Shown here: positions 40,649 through 50,632 of the stretch, piece by piece
Layout of the letters: every line of letters begins with the position of its first letter
Numbering within the stretch: the first letter of the stretch is position 1
From: Acidobacteriota bacterium
GTDB taxonomy: Bacteria; Acidobacteriota; UBA4820; DSQY01
Direction: 5' to 3'
Assembly: GCA_049967655.1 (NCBI GenBank)
Contig: JBMFSH010000013.1
Span: forward strand, 9,661 to 73,660
DNA: 64,000 bases
Position numbers and translations under genes: made by a program
The notes under the pieces: generated by a model
What the model was told of the DNA's origin: nothing
The model's input: only the letters and a program-made list of their open reading frames with translations
The model's database searches: none

Positions 40649-41638
40649 TCACGACGAGCGCCCCACCTCGATCTCCCCATCCGCCGGCATGCCGGGCTTG
40701 AGTTCCTGGTTGGGATTGGCGATGTCGATCTTGATTCGGTAGACGAGCTTGACGCGCTCCCGCTGGGTCTGGACCATCTTCGGCGTGAATTCGGCCTCCG
40801 GCGAGATGAAGACGATGCGCCCCTCGTAGACTTTGCCCGGGTAGCCGTCGGTGGTGACCTTCACCTCCTGCCCGAGCTTGACGCGCCCCAGGTCGGCCTC
40901 GTCGACGTAGGCCCGGAGGTAGACCTTCCGGATGTCGCCCACCGTCACCACGGGGGCTCCCGCGGCGAGGACCTCGCCGGGCTCGGCGTTTTTGGAGAGG
41001 ACCACACCCGTGAGCGGAGAGACGGCCGTCGCGTAGCCGAGCTGGGTCTTCGCCAGATCGAGGGCCTGGTTCGCGGCGTCGAGTTTGGCCCGGGCCTGGT
41101 CGATCTGCTCCCGCCGGTAGCCGCTCTTCATGAGAGCGTACTGTTCGGCCGCGGCGCGCCGCTGCGCCTGGGCGGACAGAAGGGCGGCGTGGGAAGCGTC
41201 GTACTCGCGCGCCGAGATGACCTCCCGCTTGAAGAGGTCCCGCTGGCGGAGGTCGTCGGCTTTGAGCCGGTTCTCCTCGGCCTCGGCGGCGTCGAGGCGC
41301 GCCTTGGCCTGAGCCACGTCCTCCTTGCGGTAGCCGTCCTGCAGCTCCTTGAGGGCCGCCGCCGCGGCATCCGCGTCGGCCTGCCTCAGGGCCACCTGCT
41401 GGTTGAGGTCGGTGGAATCGAGCCGCGCTACCACCTGGCCCGCCTTCACCGCGTCGCCCTCGTCCACGAGGCGAACGGCCATGCGGCCGGGGATCCGGAA
41501 GGAGATCTGCGTCTCGTCGGTTTCGATGTTGCCGGAGACCCTGATGGCTCCTCCCGCGTCGCCTCGCCCGCAGGAGATCAGTGCCATCAACGCCGCAAGA
41601 ACGGCTCCGGTGGCCGTGAGAGTGGTTCGTCGGTTCAT
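40649..41638 (-). CDS. HlyD/YbhG-like membrane fusion protein
   Basis: SGNIE, VDEGD.V..GQ, AEFTPK and LKPGMP motifs; lipobox-like LISC. Confidence 0.92.
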   Translation of the reverse strand: MNRRTTLTATGAVLAALMALISCGRGDAGGAIRVSGNIETDETQISFRIPGRMAVRLVDEGDAVKAGQVVARLDSTDLNQQVALRQADADAAAAALKELQDGYRKEDVAQAKARLDAAEAEENRLKADDLRQRDLFKREVISAREYDASHAALLSAQAQRRAAAEQYALMKSGYRREQIDQARAKLDAANQALDLAKTQLGYATAVSPLTGVVLSKNAEPGEVLAAGAPVVTVGDIRKVYLRAYVDEADLGRVKLGQEVKVTTDGYPGKVYEGRIVFISPEAEFTPKMVQTQRERVKLVYRIKIDIANPNQELKPGMPADGEIEVGRSS

Positions 41639-42360
41639 CGCGAATTCTCCTTGTGCCGGCGGGGATGGGCCGCGGGACGGACAGGATGCTCCTTCGATGG
41701 GGGCGCGCCTGGGCGCGCCGCACCTTTCTCGCAAGGCGGCTGAACCTTGAGGCCGTTGAGCACCAGGTCCACGACGATCCCGGCGGGCGAGGCCGGTAGA
41801 GCGGGAACCCCCTTGACGCCCGCCTTCGCCGCCCTCTCCCGAAGCCGGCCGGCCATGTGGTGCATCACGGTGCCCACCACGAGCAGGATGTGGAGCGTGA
41901 CGGGACTGACCTCCCTGAGTCGGCCCTCCCGGACACCCTCGGAGAGGATCTCCCCCTCCATCTTGAACAGCGCAGCCAGCCTTTCGAAGACCCGCCTGGA
42001 GAGATTTCCGCCGCCGGCCGTCAACTCGCGGGCCAGGATCTGGGGATAGTGGGGATTCTCGCGGACGAGCGCATCGAAGGCCCCTGCCAGGGCGGTGAGC
42101 TTCTCCTCCGCGCCGCCGCTCTCGGGCACGCGGCGCCCCAGCTCGGCGAGGAGCAGGTCCATCCAGCCGAGAAGCACGGCCTCGTAGAGCGCCGACTTGT
42201 TACCCGCGTGGTAGTAGAGCATGGCCTTGTTGACGCCGGCGCGCCGGGCGATTTCGTCTACCCGGGCGCCGGCGAAGCCCGACTCGGCGAATTCCCGGGC
42301 GGCGGCTTTAAGGATGCTCGTCCTGGCGTCTTTCTTGGGGAAGTGTTCGGCACCAGCCAT
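41635..42360 (-). CDS. TetR-family regulator of the efflux operon
   Basis: ILKAA..EFAESGF.GARVDEIARRAGVNKAMLYYH helix-turn-helix. Confidence 0.92.
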   Translation of the reverse strand: MAGAEHFPKKDARTSILKAAAREFAESGFAGARVDEIARRAGVNKAMLYYHAGNKSALYEAVLLGWMDLLLAELGRRVPESGGAEEKLTALAGAFDALVRENPHYPQILARELTAGGGNLSRRVFERLAALFKMEGEILSEGVREGRLREVSPVTLHILLVVGTVMHHMAGRLRERAAKAGVKGVPALPASPAGIVVDLVLNGLKVQPPCEKGAARPGAPPSKEHPVRPAAHPRRHKENSR

Positions 42361-42384
42361 GATCGCCGCTCCAGAAGGGCACGC

Positions 42385-42448
42385 TAGTTCAACTGACCAG
42401 TTGAACTAACTGTTTGGTTAATATAGTCCACCCGAACGTAGGTGTCAA
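42385..42448 (-). promoter_or_regulatory. Efflux-operon promoter with TetR operator
   Basis: TTGACA(42448-42443)-17-TATATT(42425-42420); perfect palindrome TAGTTCAACTG-AC-CAGTTGAACTA at 42385-42408. Confidence 0.8.
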
Positions 42449-42715
42449 GCGGGGAACGAACCCCCATTCGGCTGCGGGGGCTCAACCCGCTTGCGGGACG
42501 CGCATCGCCGCGACGGGCGTGCCCCCGGAGCCACGGCCGGCGTCCCGAAGGCGCCCCCGTCGTGTTTGGCGGCGCGGGCTGGGCGGGCTCCTGCCGGCCG
42601 CGCCGCGAGGAGGTTACCGCGCTCACCGGAGGGGGAGCCCGACCTCTCCCCGCCGCCGTGCCGCTCGCGCTATACTGCCGTCCCCCGCTCAGGAGGAGCG
42701 CACCGGGAGGCGACT

Positions 42716-43795
42716 GTGGGCCGAAGGGCATATCTGATGGGGCAAAAGGCCGCCGGACGAAGGCTGGCCGCGGTGTGGCCGGCGCGCTATCCGGTGGAGC
42801 TGCTCTGGGCCCACGGGATCTGCGCCGGCGAGGTGTGGGATCCGCCGGGCGAAGTGGGGCTGACCTCCGCCCACCTCCAGAGTTTCGTCTGCCCCGTGGT
42901 CAAAAGGGGGCTGGGTTTCCATCTCTCCGGGGCTCTCGTCCCCGTGGACCTCTTCCTATTCCCCCACACCTGCGACAGTCTCCAGAACCTCTCATCGCTG
43001 GTGAAGGATCTGCTCCGCGAAGAAAAGCCGTGCCTTGCGTGGTATCCGCCGCGAGACTCGGGCCCGCAGGCGCTGGCCTACGCCGAAAGCCAGCTGGAAA
43101 GCCTTTCCCGGGCGCTCGACCGGGCGACGGGGCCCATGCGGGATGGGGCGCTGGAGGAGGCCGTGGCGTGGGGAATGCGACGAGATGGCCTCTTGCGGGA
43201 CCTTTACCGCTTGCGGGCGGAAGGCAGGCTGCGCGCCACCGCCGCCGAGTTCTACGAGGCCGTCCGCTCCTGCGAGTATCTCTGGCCGGAGGAGGCGCTG
43301 GCCCGACTGGAGGACTTCCTGGGTGAGCGCCGCGCCGAGCAGCCCCTGAAGGAGGGGGTGCCCATCCTCCTCTCCGGCGTGCTGCCCGCCCCGGCTTCGC
43401 TCCTGCGGTGGCTGGACGGGCAAGGAATACGGATCGCCGAGGACGACCTGATCGCGTGCGGCCGCAGGGTCCTTCGAGAGCCCCTGGAATCGCCGACCGA
43501 TCCGTGGGCGGCCCTGGCCCGGCGCCAGCTCGCCTGGCCCCCCTGCTCCACCGCCGGCTCGCCCCTTCCGGAGCGCATCGCCTTCCTGCGCCGCCTGGTG
43601 GAGCGCTCGGGCGCCCGAGGCGTGGTCTTTCTGACCATGAAGTTCTGCGAGCCCGAGGGCTTCGAGCGGCCAGCCCTCGTCGAAGCCTTGCGCGCGGAGG
43701 GGGTGCCCCTCCTCCAGGTGGAGAGCGAGCTGGAGCCCGAACCGCCCGCCTCGCTCGTGACGAGGATCCAAGCCTTCCTGGAGTCGATTCCATGA
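42716..43795 (+). CDS. 2-hydroxyacyl-CoA dehydratase subunit (HgdB/FldC/BcrC family)
   Basis: PVELL.AHG, HLQSFVC, HTCDS, KFCEPE and TRIQAFLE motifs; GTG start after GGGAGG. Confidence 0.88.
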   Translation: MGRRAYLMGQKAAGRRLAAVWPARYPVELLWAHGICAGEVWDPPGEVGLTSAHLQSFVCPVVKRGLGFHLSGALVPVDLFLFPHTCDSLQNLSSLVKDLLREEKPCLAWYPPRDSGPQALAYAESQLESLSRALDRATGPMRDGALEEAVAWGMRRDGLLRDLYRLRAEGRLRATAAEFYEAVRSCEYLWPEEALARLEDFLGERRAEQPLKEGVPILLSGVLPAPASLLRWLDGQGIRIAEDDLIACGRRVLREPLESPTDPWAALARRQLAWPPCSTAGSPLPERIAFLRRLVERSGARGVVFLTMKFCEPEGFERPALVEALRAEGVPLLQVESELEPEPPASLVTRIQAFLESIP

Positions 43796-45105
43796 AACCC
43801 TGGTCGGATCTGCGCTTCGCCTTCATGAAAGGGGCGGGGCTGGACTGGATGACGCGCCTCTCGTCGGGACCCCGGCGTCCGCCGGTGCCCCGGGAGCCCT
43901 TCTTCGGGCCTCCGCTTGAGAGCCGGCACGAGCTGCGCCGCATCATGACCCGGCACTACGGGCTGGCCCGGTACGTCAAGGGGGTGCGGCCCGTGGCGTG
44001 GGTCACGAGCGGGGCGCCCGTGGAGCTGCTCAGGGCCTTCGGCTGCTACACCCTGTATCCGGAGAACCACTCGGCGGTCTGCGGCGCCCGCCGGATGGGC
44101 CCCGAGCTCTGCGAGGTGGCCGAGGATGCCGGATACTCCCTGGACCTCTGCTCCTACGCCAAGGTCGACCTCGGCCACGCCCTCTCGGGCAGAACCCCGG
44201 TGGGGAAGCTGCCGGCGCCCGACCTGCTCTTCTGCACCAACAACATCTGCCAGACCGTCCTCTACTGGTTCAAGGCCCTGGCTCACCACTACCGCATCCC
44301 GCTCCTCCTCGTGGACACGCCCTACGTCCACGGCGAGCCGGACGAGGCTGCCCTGCGGTACGTGGCTGATCAGCTCAAGGCCATCGTGCCCGAGCTGGAG
44401 CGCATCACCCGTACCGATTTCAGGGAGGAGCGCTTCCGGGAGGTTCTCCTCTCCTCCCGCAGAAGCGCCGCGCTGTGGGGCGAGGTGCTCTCCACGCTCC
44501 AGGCGAGGCCAACCCCCATGACCCTCTTCGACGCCTTCGTCCACCTCGCCCCGGTGGTGGCCCTTCGCGGCCTCCCCGTCTGCGAGCGCTACTACGAGGG
44601 GCTCCTCGGGGAGCTGAAGGAGCGGGTGGAGAGGGGCGTGGCGGCGGTGCCGGGAGAGCGCCACCGGCTCCTGTGGGACAACATCGCCGTGTGGTTTGCC
44701 CTCAATCCTCTCTCCCGGCTCTTCGCCGAGAACGGCTGCGCCCTGGTGGCGGGCACCTACACGCACGCCTGGGCCGAGCCCGCTGTGCGCATCGACGAGA
44801 AGGATCCATGGGGTTCGCTTGCCCGCGCCTACGGCCTCATCTTTCTCAACCGGGATCTCGAGAACAGGCTGAATCTGATGGAGCAGATCGCAAGGGATTT
44901 CTCCGTGGACGGGCTCGTGCTCCACTCCGCCCGTTCCTGCAAACCTTACTCCCTCGGGCAATACGGCATTCAGCGCGCCCTGGAGGAGCGGCTGGGCGTG
45001 CGGAGCGTGGTGCTGGAGGCGGACATGACGGACTTCAGGAGCTGGGCCGAGGCGGCGGCGCGCACCCGGCTGATGGCCTTCATCGAATCCCTGGAGGCGG
45101 CGTGA
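43792..45105 (+). CDS. 2-hydroxyacyl-CoA dehydratase subunit (HgdA/FldB/BcrB family)
   Basis: YPENH, DLCSY, NNICQT, RSCKP and TRLMAFIE motifs. Confidence 0.9.
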   Translation: MKPWSDLRFAFMKGAGLDWMTRLSSGPRRPPVPREPFFGPPLESRHELRRIMTRHYGLARYVKGVRPVAWVTSGAPVELLRAFGCYTLYPENHSAVCGARRMGPELCEVAEDAGYSLDLCSYAKVDLGHALSGRTPVGKLPAPDLLFCTNNICQTVLYWFKALAHHYRIPLLLVDTPYVHGEPDEAALRYVADQLKAIVPELERITRTDFREERFREVLLSSRRSAALWGEVLSTLQARPTPMTLFDAFVHLAPVVALRGLPVCERYYEGLLGELKERVERGVAAVPGERHRLLWDNIAVWFALNPLSRLFAENGCALVAGTYTHAWAEPAVRIDEKDPWGSLARAYGLIFLNRDLENRLNLMEQIARDFSVDGLVLHSARSCKPYSLGQYGIQRALEERLGVRSVVLEADMTDFRSWAEAAARTRLMAFIESLEAA

Positions 45106-45899
45106 TGGCCTCCCTCTACGGCGGTCTGGACGTGGGCTCCATGACGGCCAAGGCGGTGGTCCTGGACGCTGAGGGGCGGCTGCTGGGCTGGGGGATGGCC
45201 GAGACCACGCCCCAGCTCGCCGCCTGCGGGCGGGAGGCGCTCGATGGGGCCCTCTCCGCGGCGGGGGCGAGGAACGAAGATCTGGCGTTCGTGGTGGGCA
45301 CCGGCTACGGGCGCGAGGCCCTCCCCTTCGTCCAGAAGCGGGTGACGGAGATTACCTGCCACGCCCGGGGGGCCTGCGCCCTCTTTCCGGGTGCCGCCCT
45401 GGTGGTGGACGTGGGGGGGCAGGACAGCAAGGCGATCCGGCTGGACGCCTCGGGCCGGGTGCTCGCCTTCGCCATGAACGACAAGTGCGCCGCGGGCACG
45501 GGCCGGTTCCTCAACGCCATGGCCGCGACGCTCCGCACGGGCATCGAGGGGCTCGGCCCCGCGGGGAGCAACAGCACGCGCGAGCTGGCCATGTCCTCCA
45601 CCTGCACGGTCTTCGCCGAGAGCGAGGTCATCTCGCTCATCGCCCGTGGCGAGGCGGTGCCCGACATCGCCCACGCGGTCCACCGCGCCATGGCCAAGCG
45701 GCTCGCCGGGCTGGTCCGCCAGGCGGGCGTGGGGGAGCCGGCCGTCTTCACGGGAGGGGGGGCGCTCAACGTGGATCTGGTCCGGTGCCTGGAGGAGTTC
45801 CTCGGCGTCTCCTTCCGGATCCCCGATCGCCCCCAGCTCACCGGCGCTCTGGGGGCGGCCCACCTGGCCAGGGAGGCGACGCCGCTCCGCCCTCTCTGA
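45105..45899 (+). CDS. ASKHA-type CoA-substrate dehydratase activator (HgdC/FldI family)
   Basis: DVGS..AK, TGYGR, EITCH, DVGGQD, NDKCAAGTG and STCTVFAESE motifs. Confidence 0.93.
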   Translation: MASLYGGLDVGSMTAKAVVLDAEGRLLGWGMAETTPQLAACGREALDGALSAAGARNEDLAFVVGTGYGREALPFVQKRVTEITCHARGACALFPGAALVVDVGGQDSKAIRLDASGRVLAFAMNDKCAAGTGRFLNAMAATLRTGIEGLGPAGSNSTRELAMSSTCTVFAESEVISLIARGEAVPDIAHAVHRAMAKRLAGLVRQAGVGEPAVFTGGGALNVDLVRCLEEFLGVSFRIPDRPQLTGALGAAHLAREATPLRPL

Positions 45900-46024
45900 A
45901 ACCCTTGCCCGTGCGGCGGGCGTATACTCACGAGTGGCCGACGTGCACCCGGTGGGCCTGGGTGCGTGCCGGCCTGGGGCTCGGAATGCGGGAACACAGG
46001 CAGACTGTGAAAGGGAGGTAGCGC

Positions 46025-47935
46025 ATGAAGTGCACCGTAACGTCTCTGATGGCCGCGGCCGTGGCGTCCCTCTTCTTGGCGGGGGCGACCGTCCAAGCTA
46101 TGGACCGATCCAAGATACCCGACCAGGACAAATGGGACCTTTCGGACCTCTATCCGACGGACGACGCCTGGGAGTCGGCCAAGAAGGACCTCGAAAAGCG
46201 GCTCCCCGAGGTGGCCCGGTACAAGGGCAAGCTGGGCAGCTCCCCGAAGGAGCTGCTGGGCTGCATGAGCCTCCTCTTCGACCTGAAGAAGGAGTTCACT
46301 CGCCTGGCCACCTACGCCTCTCAGAAATCGGATCTCGACGTCCGGGACGCCCACGCCATGGAGATGAGACAGTCCCTGGACCCCCTCGGCGCGGAGTTCG
46401 GCGCCAAGACGGCCTGGGTGGATCCGGAGATCCTGGAGATCCCCAGCGCCAAGATCGAGGCCTTTTTGAAGGAGGAGCCCGGTCTTGCGATCTACAAGCC
46501 GGTCATCGTGGAGATCGTCCGCCTCAAGCCGCACACGCTCTCGCCGGCCGAGGAGAAGATCATGGCCGATGCCTCGCTGGTGTCGGGAACGCCGGATTCC
46601 ATCTACAGCGTCTTTTCGGATGCCGACAACCCGAGGGCCACGGTCACCCTCAGCGACGGCGCGACGGTCAAGCTGGACGCTTCGGCCTACACCAAATACC
46701 GGGCCGTGGCCAACCGCTGGGACCGCGAGGCCGTCTTCCAGGCCTTCTTCGGCAACCTGGACCAGTTCAAGGGCACCTACGGCGCCCTGCTCAACGGCGA
46801 GGTGGACAAGGACCTCTTCTTCGCCAAGGCCCGCAACTACAAAGACTGCCTCAGCTCGGCCCTGGACGGGCCCAACATCCCCACGGTGGTCTACACCAAC
46901 CTCCTCAAGAACGTCCACAAGAATCTGCCCACCCTCTGGCGCTACCTCAAGCTGCGCCAGCGGATCATGGGGCTGGACCAGCTCCGCTACTCGGACCTCT
47001 ACGCGCCCATCGTCAAAGAGGTGGACGAGAAGTACACGGCGGACCAGGCCAAGGACCTCGTCCTGAAGGCTGTGGCGCCTTTAGGCCAGGACTACGTGGA
47101 GGTTCTGAAGAACGGGTACGCGCATCGCTGGGTTGACTTCTATCCCTCGCCGGGCAAGCACAGCGGCGCCTACAGCAACGGCGCGGCCTACGAGGTCCAC
47201 CCCTTCATGCTTCTCAATTTCAACGGCAGCTACGAGGACGTCTCGACCCTGGCCCACGAGTCGGGCCACACCATGCACAGCTACTACTCCAACAAGACCC
47301 AGCCCTTCCCCACGAGCGACTACACCATCTTCGTGGCCGAGGTGGCGAGCACCTGCAACGAGAACCTTCTCATGGACTACATGCTCAAGCACACCGACAG
47401 CGACGCCATGAAGCTCTTCCTCCTGGGAAGCTACGTGGACAACATCCGCCAGACGCTCTTCCGGCAGGCGCAGTTCGCCGAGTTCGAGCTGAAGATCCAC
47501 CAGATGGTGGAGAGCGGCCAGCCGCTCACGGGCGAGAACCTCAACAAAACCTACGCCGGCATCATCGACGAGTACTACGGCGTGCCGCAGGGGATCACCC
47601 ACATCAACCCGGTCTGCTACTCCGAGTGGGCCTTCATCCCGCACTTCTACTACAACTTCTACGTCTACAGCTACGCCACCTCCATCACCGCCTCCACGGC
47701 CATCTCGCAGATGATCATAGAGGGCAAGCCGGACGCCGTGAAGGACTACCGGAGGTTCCTGACCCTCGGCAACTCGCTGCCGCCGGTGGAGGAGCTCAAG
47801 GTGGCCGGCGTCGACATGACCACCGATGCCCCCTTCGACATCACCATGAAGGCCATGAACAGGGCGATGGACCAGATGGAAGCCATTCTCAACAAGATGG
47901 ACGCCCAGAAGAAGGCCGCACCGGCCGGCAAATAG
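46025..47935 (+). CDS. pepF: Oligoendopeptidase F (M3B) with signal peptide
   Basis: WDLSDLY, GKHSGAYS, HESGH, EVAS..NE and PHFYYNFYVY motifs; N-terminal signal peptide. Confidence 0.92.
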   Translation: MKCTVTSLMAAAVASLFLAGATVQAMDRSKIPDQDKWDLSDLYPTDDAWESAKKDLEKRLPEVARYKGKLGSSPKELLGCMSLLFDLKKEFTRLATYASQKSDLDVRDAHAMEMRQSLDPLGAEFGAKTAWVDPEILEIPSAKIEAFLKEEPGLAIYKPVIVEIVRLKPHTLSPAEEKIMADASLVSGTPDSIYSVFSDADNPRATVTLSDGATVKLDASAYTKYRAVANRWDREAVFQAFFGNLDQFKGTYGALLNGEVDKDLFFAKARNYKDCLSSALDGPNIPTVVYTNLLKNVHKNLPTLWRYLKLRQRIMGLDQLRYSDLYAPIVKEVDEKYTADQAKDLVLKAVAPLGQDYVEVLKNGYAHRWVDFYPSPGKHSGAYSNGAAYEVHPFMLLNFNGSYEDVSTLAHESGHTMHSYYSNKTQPFPTSDYTIFVAEVASTCNENLLMDYMLKHTDSDAMKLFLLGSYVDNIRQTLFRQAQFAEFELKIHQMVESGQPLTGENLNKTYAGIIDEYYGVPQGITHINPVCYSEWAFIPHFYYNFYVYSYATSITASTAISQMIIEGKPDAVKDYRRFLTLGNSLPPVEELKVAGVDMTTDAPFDITMKAMNRAMDQMEAILNKMDAQKKAAPAGK

Positions 47936-47956
47936 CGCAAGCCAACCGGAGACGCG

Positions 47957-47986
47957 ACGGGGGGCCGTGAGGCCCCCCGTTCGTTT
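47957..47986 (+). terminator. Rho-independent terminator after pepF
   Basis: ACGGGGGGCC-GTGA-GGCCCCCCGT followed by TCGTTT. Confidence 0.7.
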
Positions 47987-48020
47987 CCGGGCTTCAGCCG
48001 GGCGCGGTTGCGGTCGGTCC

Positions 48021-48122
48021 TCAGGGCAAATCGAAGTAGCCGGCGAAGGAGAAGCTGTGATAGGTGTCGAGCCAGCCGTGGTCGAAGTGGCCGCGGTCGC
48101 TGGCCCTGCGTATCGTCAACAT
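48021..48122 (-). pseudogene. Truncated pirin (YhhW-like) remnant
   Basis: GGAGG SD, then [33 protein letters not shown], the conserved pirin N-terminus ending after 33 aa. Confidence 0.85.
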
Positions 48123-48169
48123 GCCGTCCTCCCGGCGGGCGGTTTGGCGGAGCCCGCCGCTGGAAAGGG

Positions 48170-48610
48170 TCAAAGATCCAGGGGCTCGATGGTGGCCACG
48201 GCCGAAGGGTCATTCCGCCACACGGCGGGGTCCGCGTCCACGTACAGTTCGACCTCGATGCCGTCGGGGTCGGTCACGTAGAGCGCCTGGCTCACCCGAT
48301 GGTCGCTCGCGCCCAGGATGGGGACGCCGTGTCTTTCGAGGTGATCCCGCCAAGCGCGCAGCTCCTCCATGCCGTCGCCCACCTTGAAGGCCACGTGGTA
48401 AAGGCCCACGGAGCGGGGGTGGGGCGAAGGCGCCTCCGCCCCCACCTCCTGCAGGGCCAGGTCATGATGGTTCTCGCCCAGAGAGAAGAAGACCATCCGG
48501 CCTCCATAGCGCGCCACCTCCTTGAGGCCGAGTACCTCCCCGTAGAAGCGGACCGAGCGCTCCAATTCTCGGACCCTCAGGACCACGTGGCCGAGCCGCT
48601 TGACGCGCAT
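48170..48610 (-). CDS. VOC/glyoxalase-family protein (ring-cleavage dioxygenase-like)
   Basis: [21 protein letters not shown] and YVTDPDG.EVE motifs. Confidence 0.9.
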   Translation of the reverse strand: MRVKRLGHVVLRVRELERSVRFYGEVLGLKEVARYGGRMVFFSLGENHHDLALQEVGAEAPSPHPRSVGLYHVAFKVGDGMEELRAWRDHLERHGVPILGASDHRVSQALYVTDPDGIEVELYVDADPAVWRNDPSAVATIEPLDL

Positions 48611-48639
48611 GCTTCACCTCGCCCCTTTCTCGCTCCCCG

Positions 48640-49254
48640 TCACTTGGCGCACAGCCTGCTGGCGATCTCAGCCACGTGTTTGCCCTGGAATCGGGCGATG
48701 GCCAGCTCGTTCTCGCTGGGCTGGCGCTGGCCCTGGCCGCCCGTGATCGTGGAGGCCCCGTAGGGCGATCCGCCGGTGATCTCGTCGAGGGTCATTTGCC
48801 GGGCCTCGGAGTAGGGGACGCCCACCACCATCATGCCGTGGTGCAGAAGCGTGGTGTGGAAGCTCAGGATCGTGCTCTCCTGGCCGCCGTGCTGGGTGGC
48901 CGTGGCCGTGAAGACGCCGCCCACCTTGCCGATGAGGGCGCCCTTGGCCCAGAGGCCGCCGGTCTGGTCGAGGAAGTTGCGCATCTGGGCGCACATGCTT
49001 CCGAAGCGCGTGGGAGCGCCGAAGAGGATGGCGTCGGCCTCGGCGAGCTGATCAGGGGCGATGACCGGGACGTGGGCGAAGCTCTTGCGGGCCGCCGTCG
49101 CGCCGCTCTTCTCCAGGACCTCCGGGGGGACGAGCTCGGGGACCTGGAAGAGCTTCACTTCGGCTCCGGGAACCTGCCTCGCCCCTTCGGCCACGGCCTC
49201 GGCCATCTTGTAGATGTGTCCGTACATGCTGTAGAAAACGACGTAAGCTTTCAT
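48640..49254 (-). CDS. wrbA: NAD(P)H:quinone oxidoreductase
   Basis: YSMYGH, PTRFG, HGGQEST and GGSPYGA motifs. Confidence 0.96.
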   Translation of the reverse strand: MKAYVVFYSMYGHIYKMAEAVAEGARQVPGAEVKLFQVPELVPPEVLEKSGATAARKSFAHVPVIAPDQLAEADAILFGAPTRFGSMCAQMRNFLDQTGGLWAKGALIGKVGGVFTATATQHGGQESTILSFHTTLLHHGMMVVGVPYSEARQMTLDEITGGSPYGASTITGGQGQRQPSENELAIARFQGKHVAEIASRLCAK

Positions 49255-49276
49255 GAGACACCTCCTGGTTTTTGGT

Positions 49277-49759
49277 TCACTCCTTTAGGGGCTCGGTGCC
49301 GCCCGTGTGCTGCCTCACGCCCAGGCCGAGGGAACGGCAGAGGGCGCGCAGGTTCTCCTGTTCTCGCGGCGAGAGTACGGCCATCTCGTCCACGATGAGG
49401 GCCAGGTGCTCCCTGAAGACGCGCTCGATGAGGCGCCGGCCCTCGGAGGTGAGGCTCACCGTGACGTAGCGGCGGTCCGATCCGTCCCGGTCGCGGCGGA
49501 CCAGGCCCTGCCTCTCCAAGTTGTCCACGACGAGGGTGATGTTGCCCCCGCTCCTGAGCAGCTTGCTCCCCAGATCGCGCTGGCAGAGCGGGCCCAAATG
49601 GAGCAGGGCCTCCAGAGCCCCGAACTGGGTCATGGTCAGACCCTTGCCCGCCAGATCGCGGGCCAGACGGGCGGAGAGCGACTCCCCGGCCCGCATGAGC
49701 GTGATGAAGGCGTTCAGCGCCCTCTTCTCCTCCTCGGTGCCTCGGTAGTGCGTCCCCAT
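49277..49759 (-). CDS. MarR-family regulator (MhqR-like)
   Basis: [29 protein letters not shown] and DRR motifs. Near-palindrome TCACATCAAA-CCG-TTCGATGTGA upstream at 49778-49800. Confidence 0.92.
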   Translation of the reverse strand: MGTHYRGTEEEKRALNAFITLMRAGESLSARLARDLAGKGLTMTQFGALEALLHLGPLCQRDLGSKLLRSGGNITLVVDNLERQGLVRRDRDGSDRRYVTVSLTSEGRRLIERVFREHLALIVDEMAVLSPREQENLRALCRSLGLGVRQHTGGTEPLKE

Positions 49760-49954
49760 GACCACCTCGCCATAAGATCACATCAAACCGTTCGATGTGA
49801 AACTATATTCCCCGCCCGCACGCCACGCCGGTCCAGCCCGGCGAGCCGCGCGCCGGGGCACCGCACCACGCCGATGAGCCCCCGCCCAGCCGTGATAGAA
49901 TCAGCCCGCAATCGCGGGAAATGGTCAGCCGATCGGCTGTATGGTGGGTCTGGC

Positions 49955-50632
49955 ATGAGAAGAGATGAGGTTGCCAAGGGGCGGGGACGGGGAAAATCGC
50001 TTCCCGCTTTGGCGGCCGGCGCGGCGGTGCTCTGCCTGCTGCTCGGGGCGGCAGGAGCCCGCGCGCTGAAAGGGTGCCCCACCCACCCCGCCGGCCTGGC
50101 CGTGCCGCGAGGAGATCTCCCCGGCCTACCCAACTTCGCCCGGGTCTCCGACGGGCTCTACCGGGGCGCCCAGCCCACGCGGGAAGGGTTCGAGGGCCTG
50201 AAAGCCATGGGGGTCCGAACGGTCATCAACCTTCGGAACCACCACAGCGATGCCCCCCTTTTGGCGGACCTGGGCTTTCGGTACGTGGAGATTCCGTGCG
50301 ACGCTTGGCGCATGGAGGACGCCCCGGTGGTCCTCTTCCTGAAGCTGGCCACCGACGAGGCCTGCCAGCCGGTCTTTGTGCACTGCCAGCACGGTTCCGA
50401 CCGCACCGGGATCATGGTTGCGGCCTACCGCGTGGTGGTTCAGGATTGGGACCCCTCGCTGGCGGAAGCGGAGTTGCCGAACTTCGGCTTTCACCCGGTC
50501 TTTCTGAACCTCAGTCGCTACGTCGCGGGCCTGGATGGGGCCAGTTTGCGCGCACAGGTGCGGGAGATGCCCGATCCGATGATTCCCGCCGGGCCTCGGC
50601 TCGCCCAACCGGCCCCCGGAGGCTTACCATGA
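49955..50632 (+). CDS. Cys-based protein-tyrosine/dual-specificity-like phosphatase with hydrophobic N-terminus
   Basis: NFARV...LYRGAQP, VINLR and HCQHGSDRTG (CX5R) motifs. Confidence 0.85.
   Translation: MRRDEVAKGRGRGKSLPALAAGAAVLCLLLGAAGARALKGCPTHPAGLAVPRGDLPGLPNFARVSDGLYRGAQPTREGFEGLKAMGVRTVINLRNHHSDAPLLADLGFRYVEIPCDAWRMEDAPVVLFLKLATDEACQPVFVHCQHGSDRTGIMVAAYRVVVQDWDPSLAEAELPNFGFHPVFLNLSRYVAGLDGASLRAQVREMPDPMIPAGPRLAQPAPGGLP

Noticed and set aside
42716..45899. Class I benzoyl-CoA reductase
   Set aside because: Only one ATPase subunit and no aromatic-degradation genes nearby; not fully excluded.
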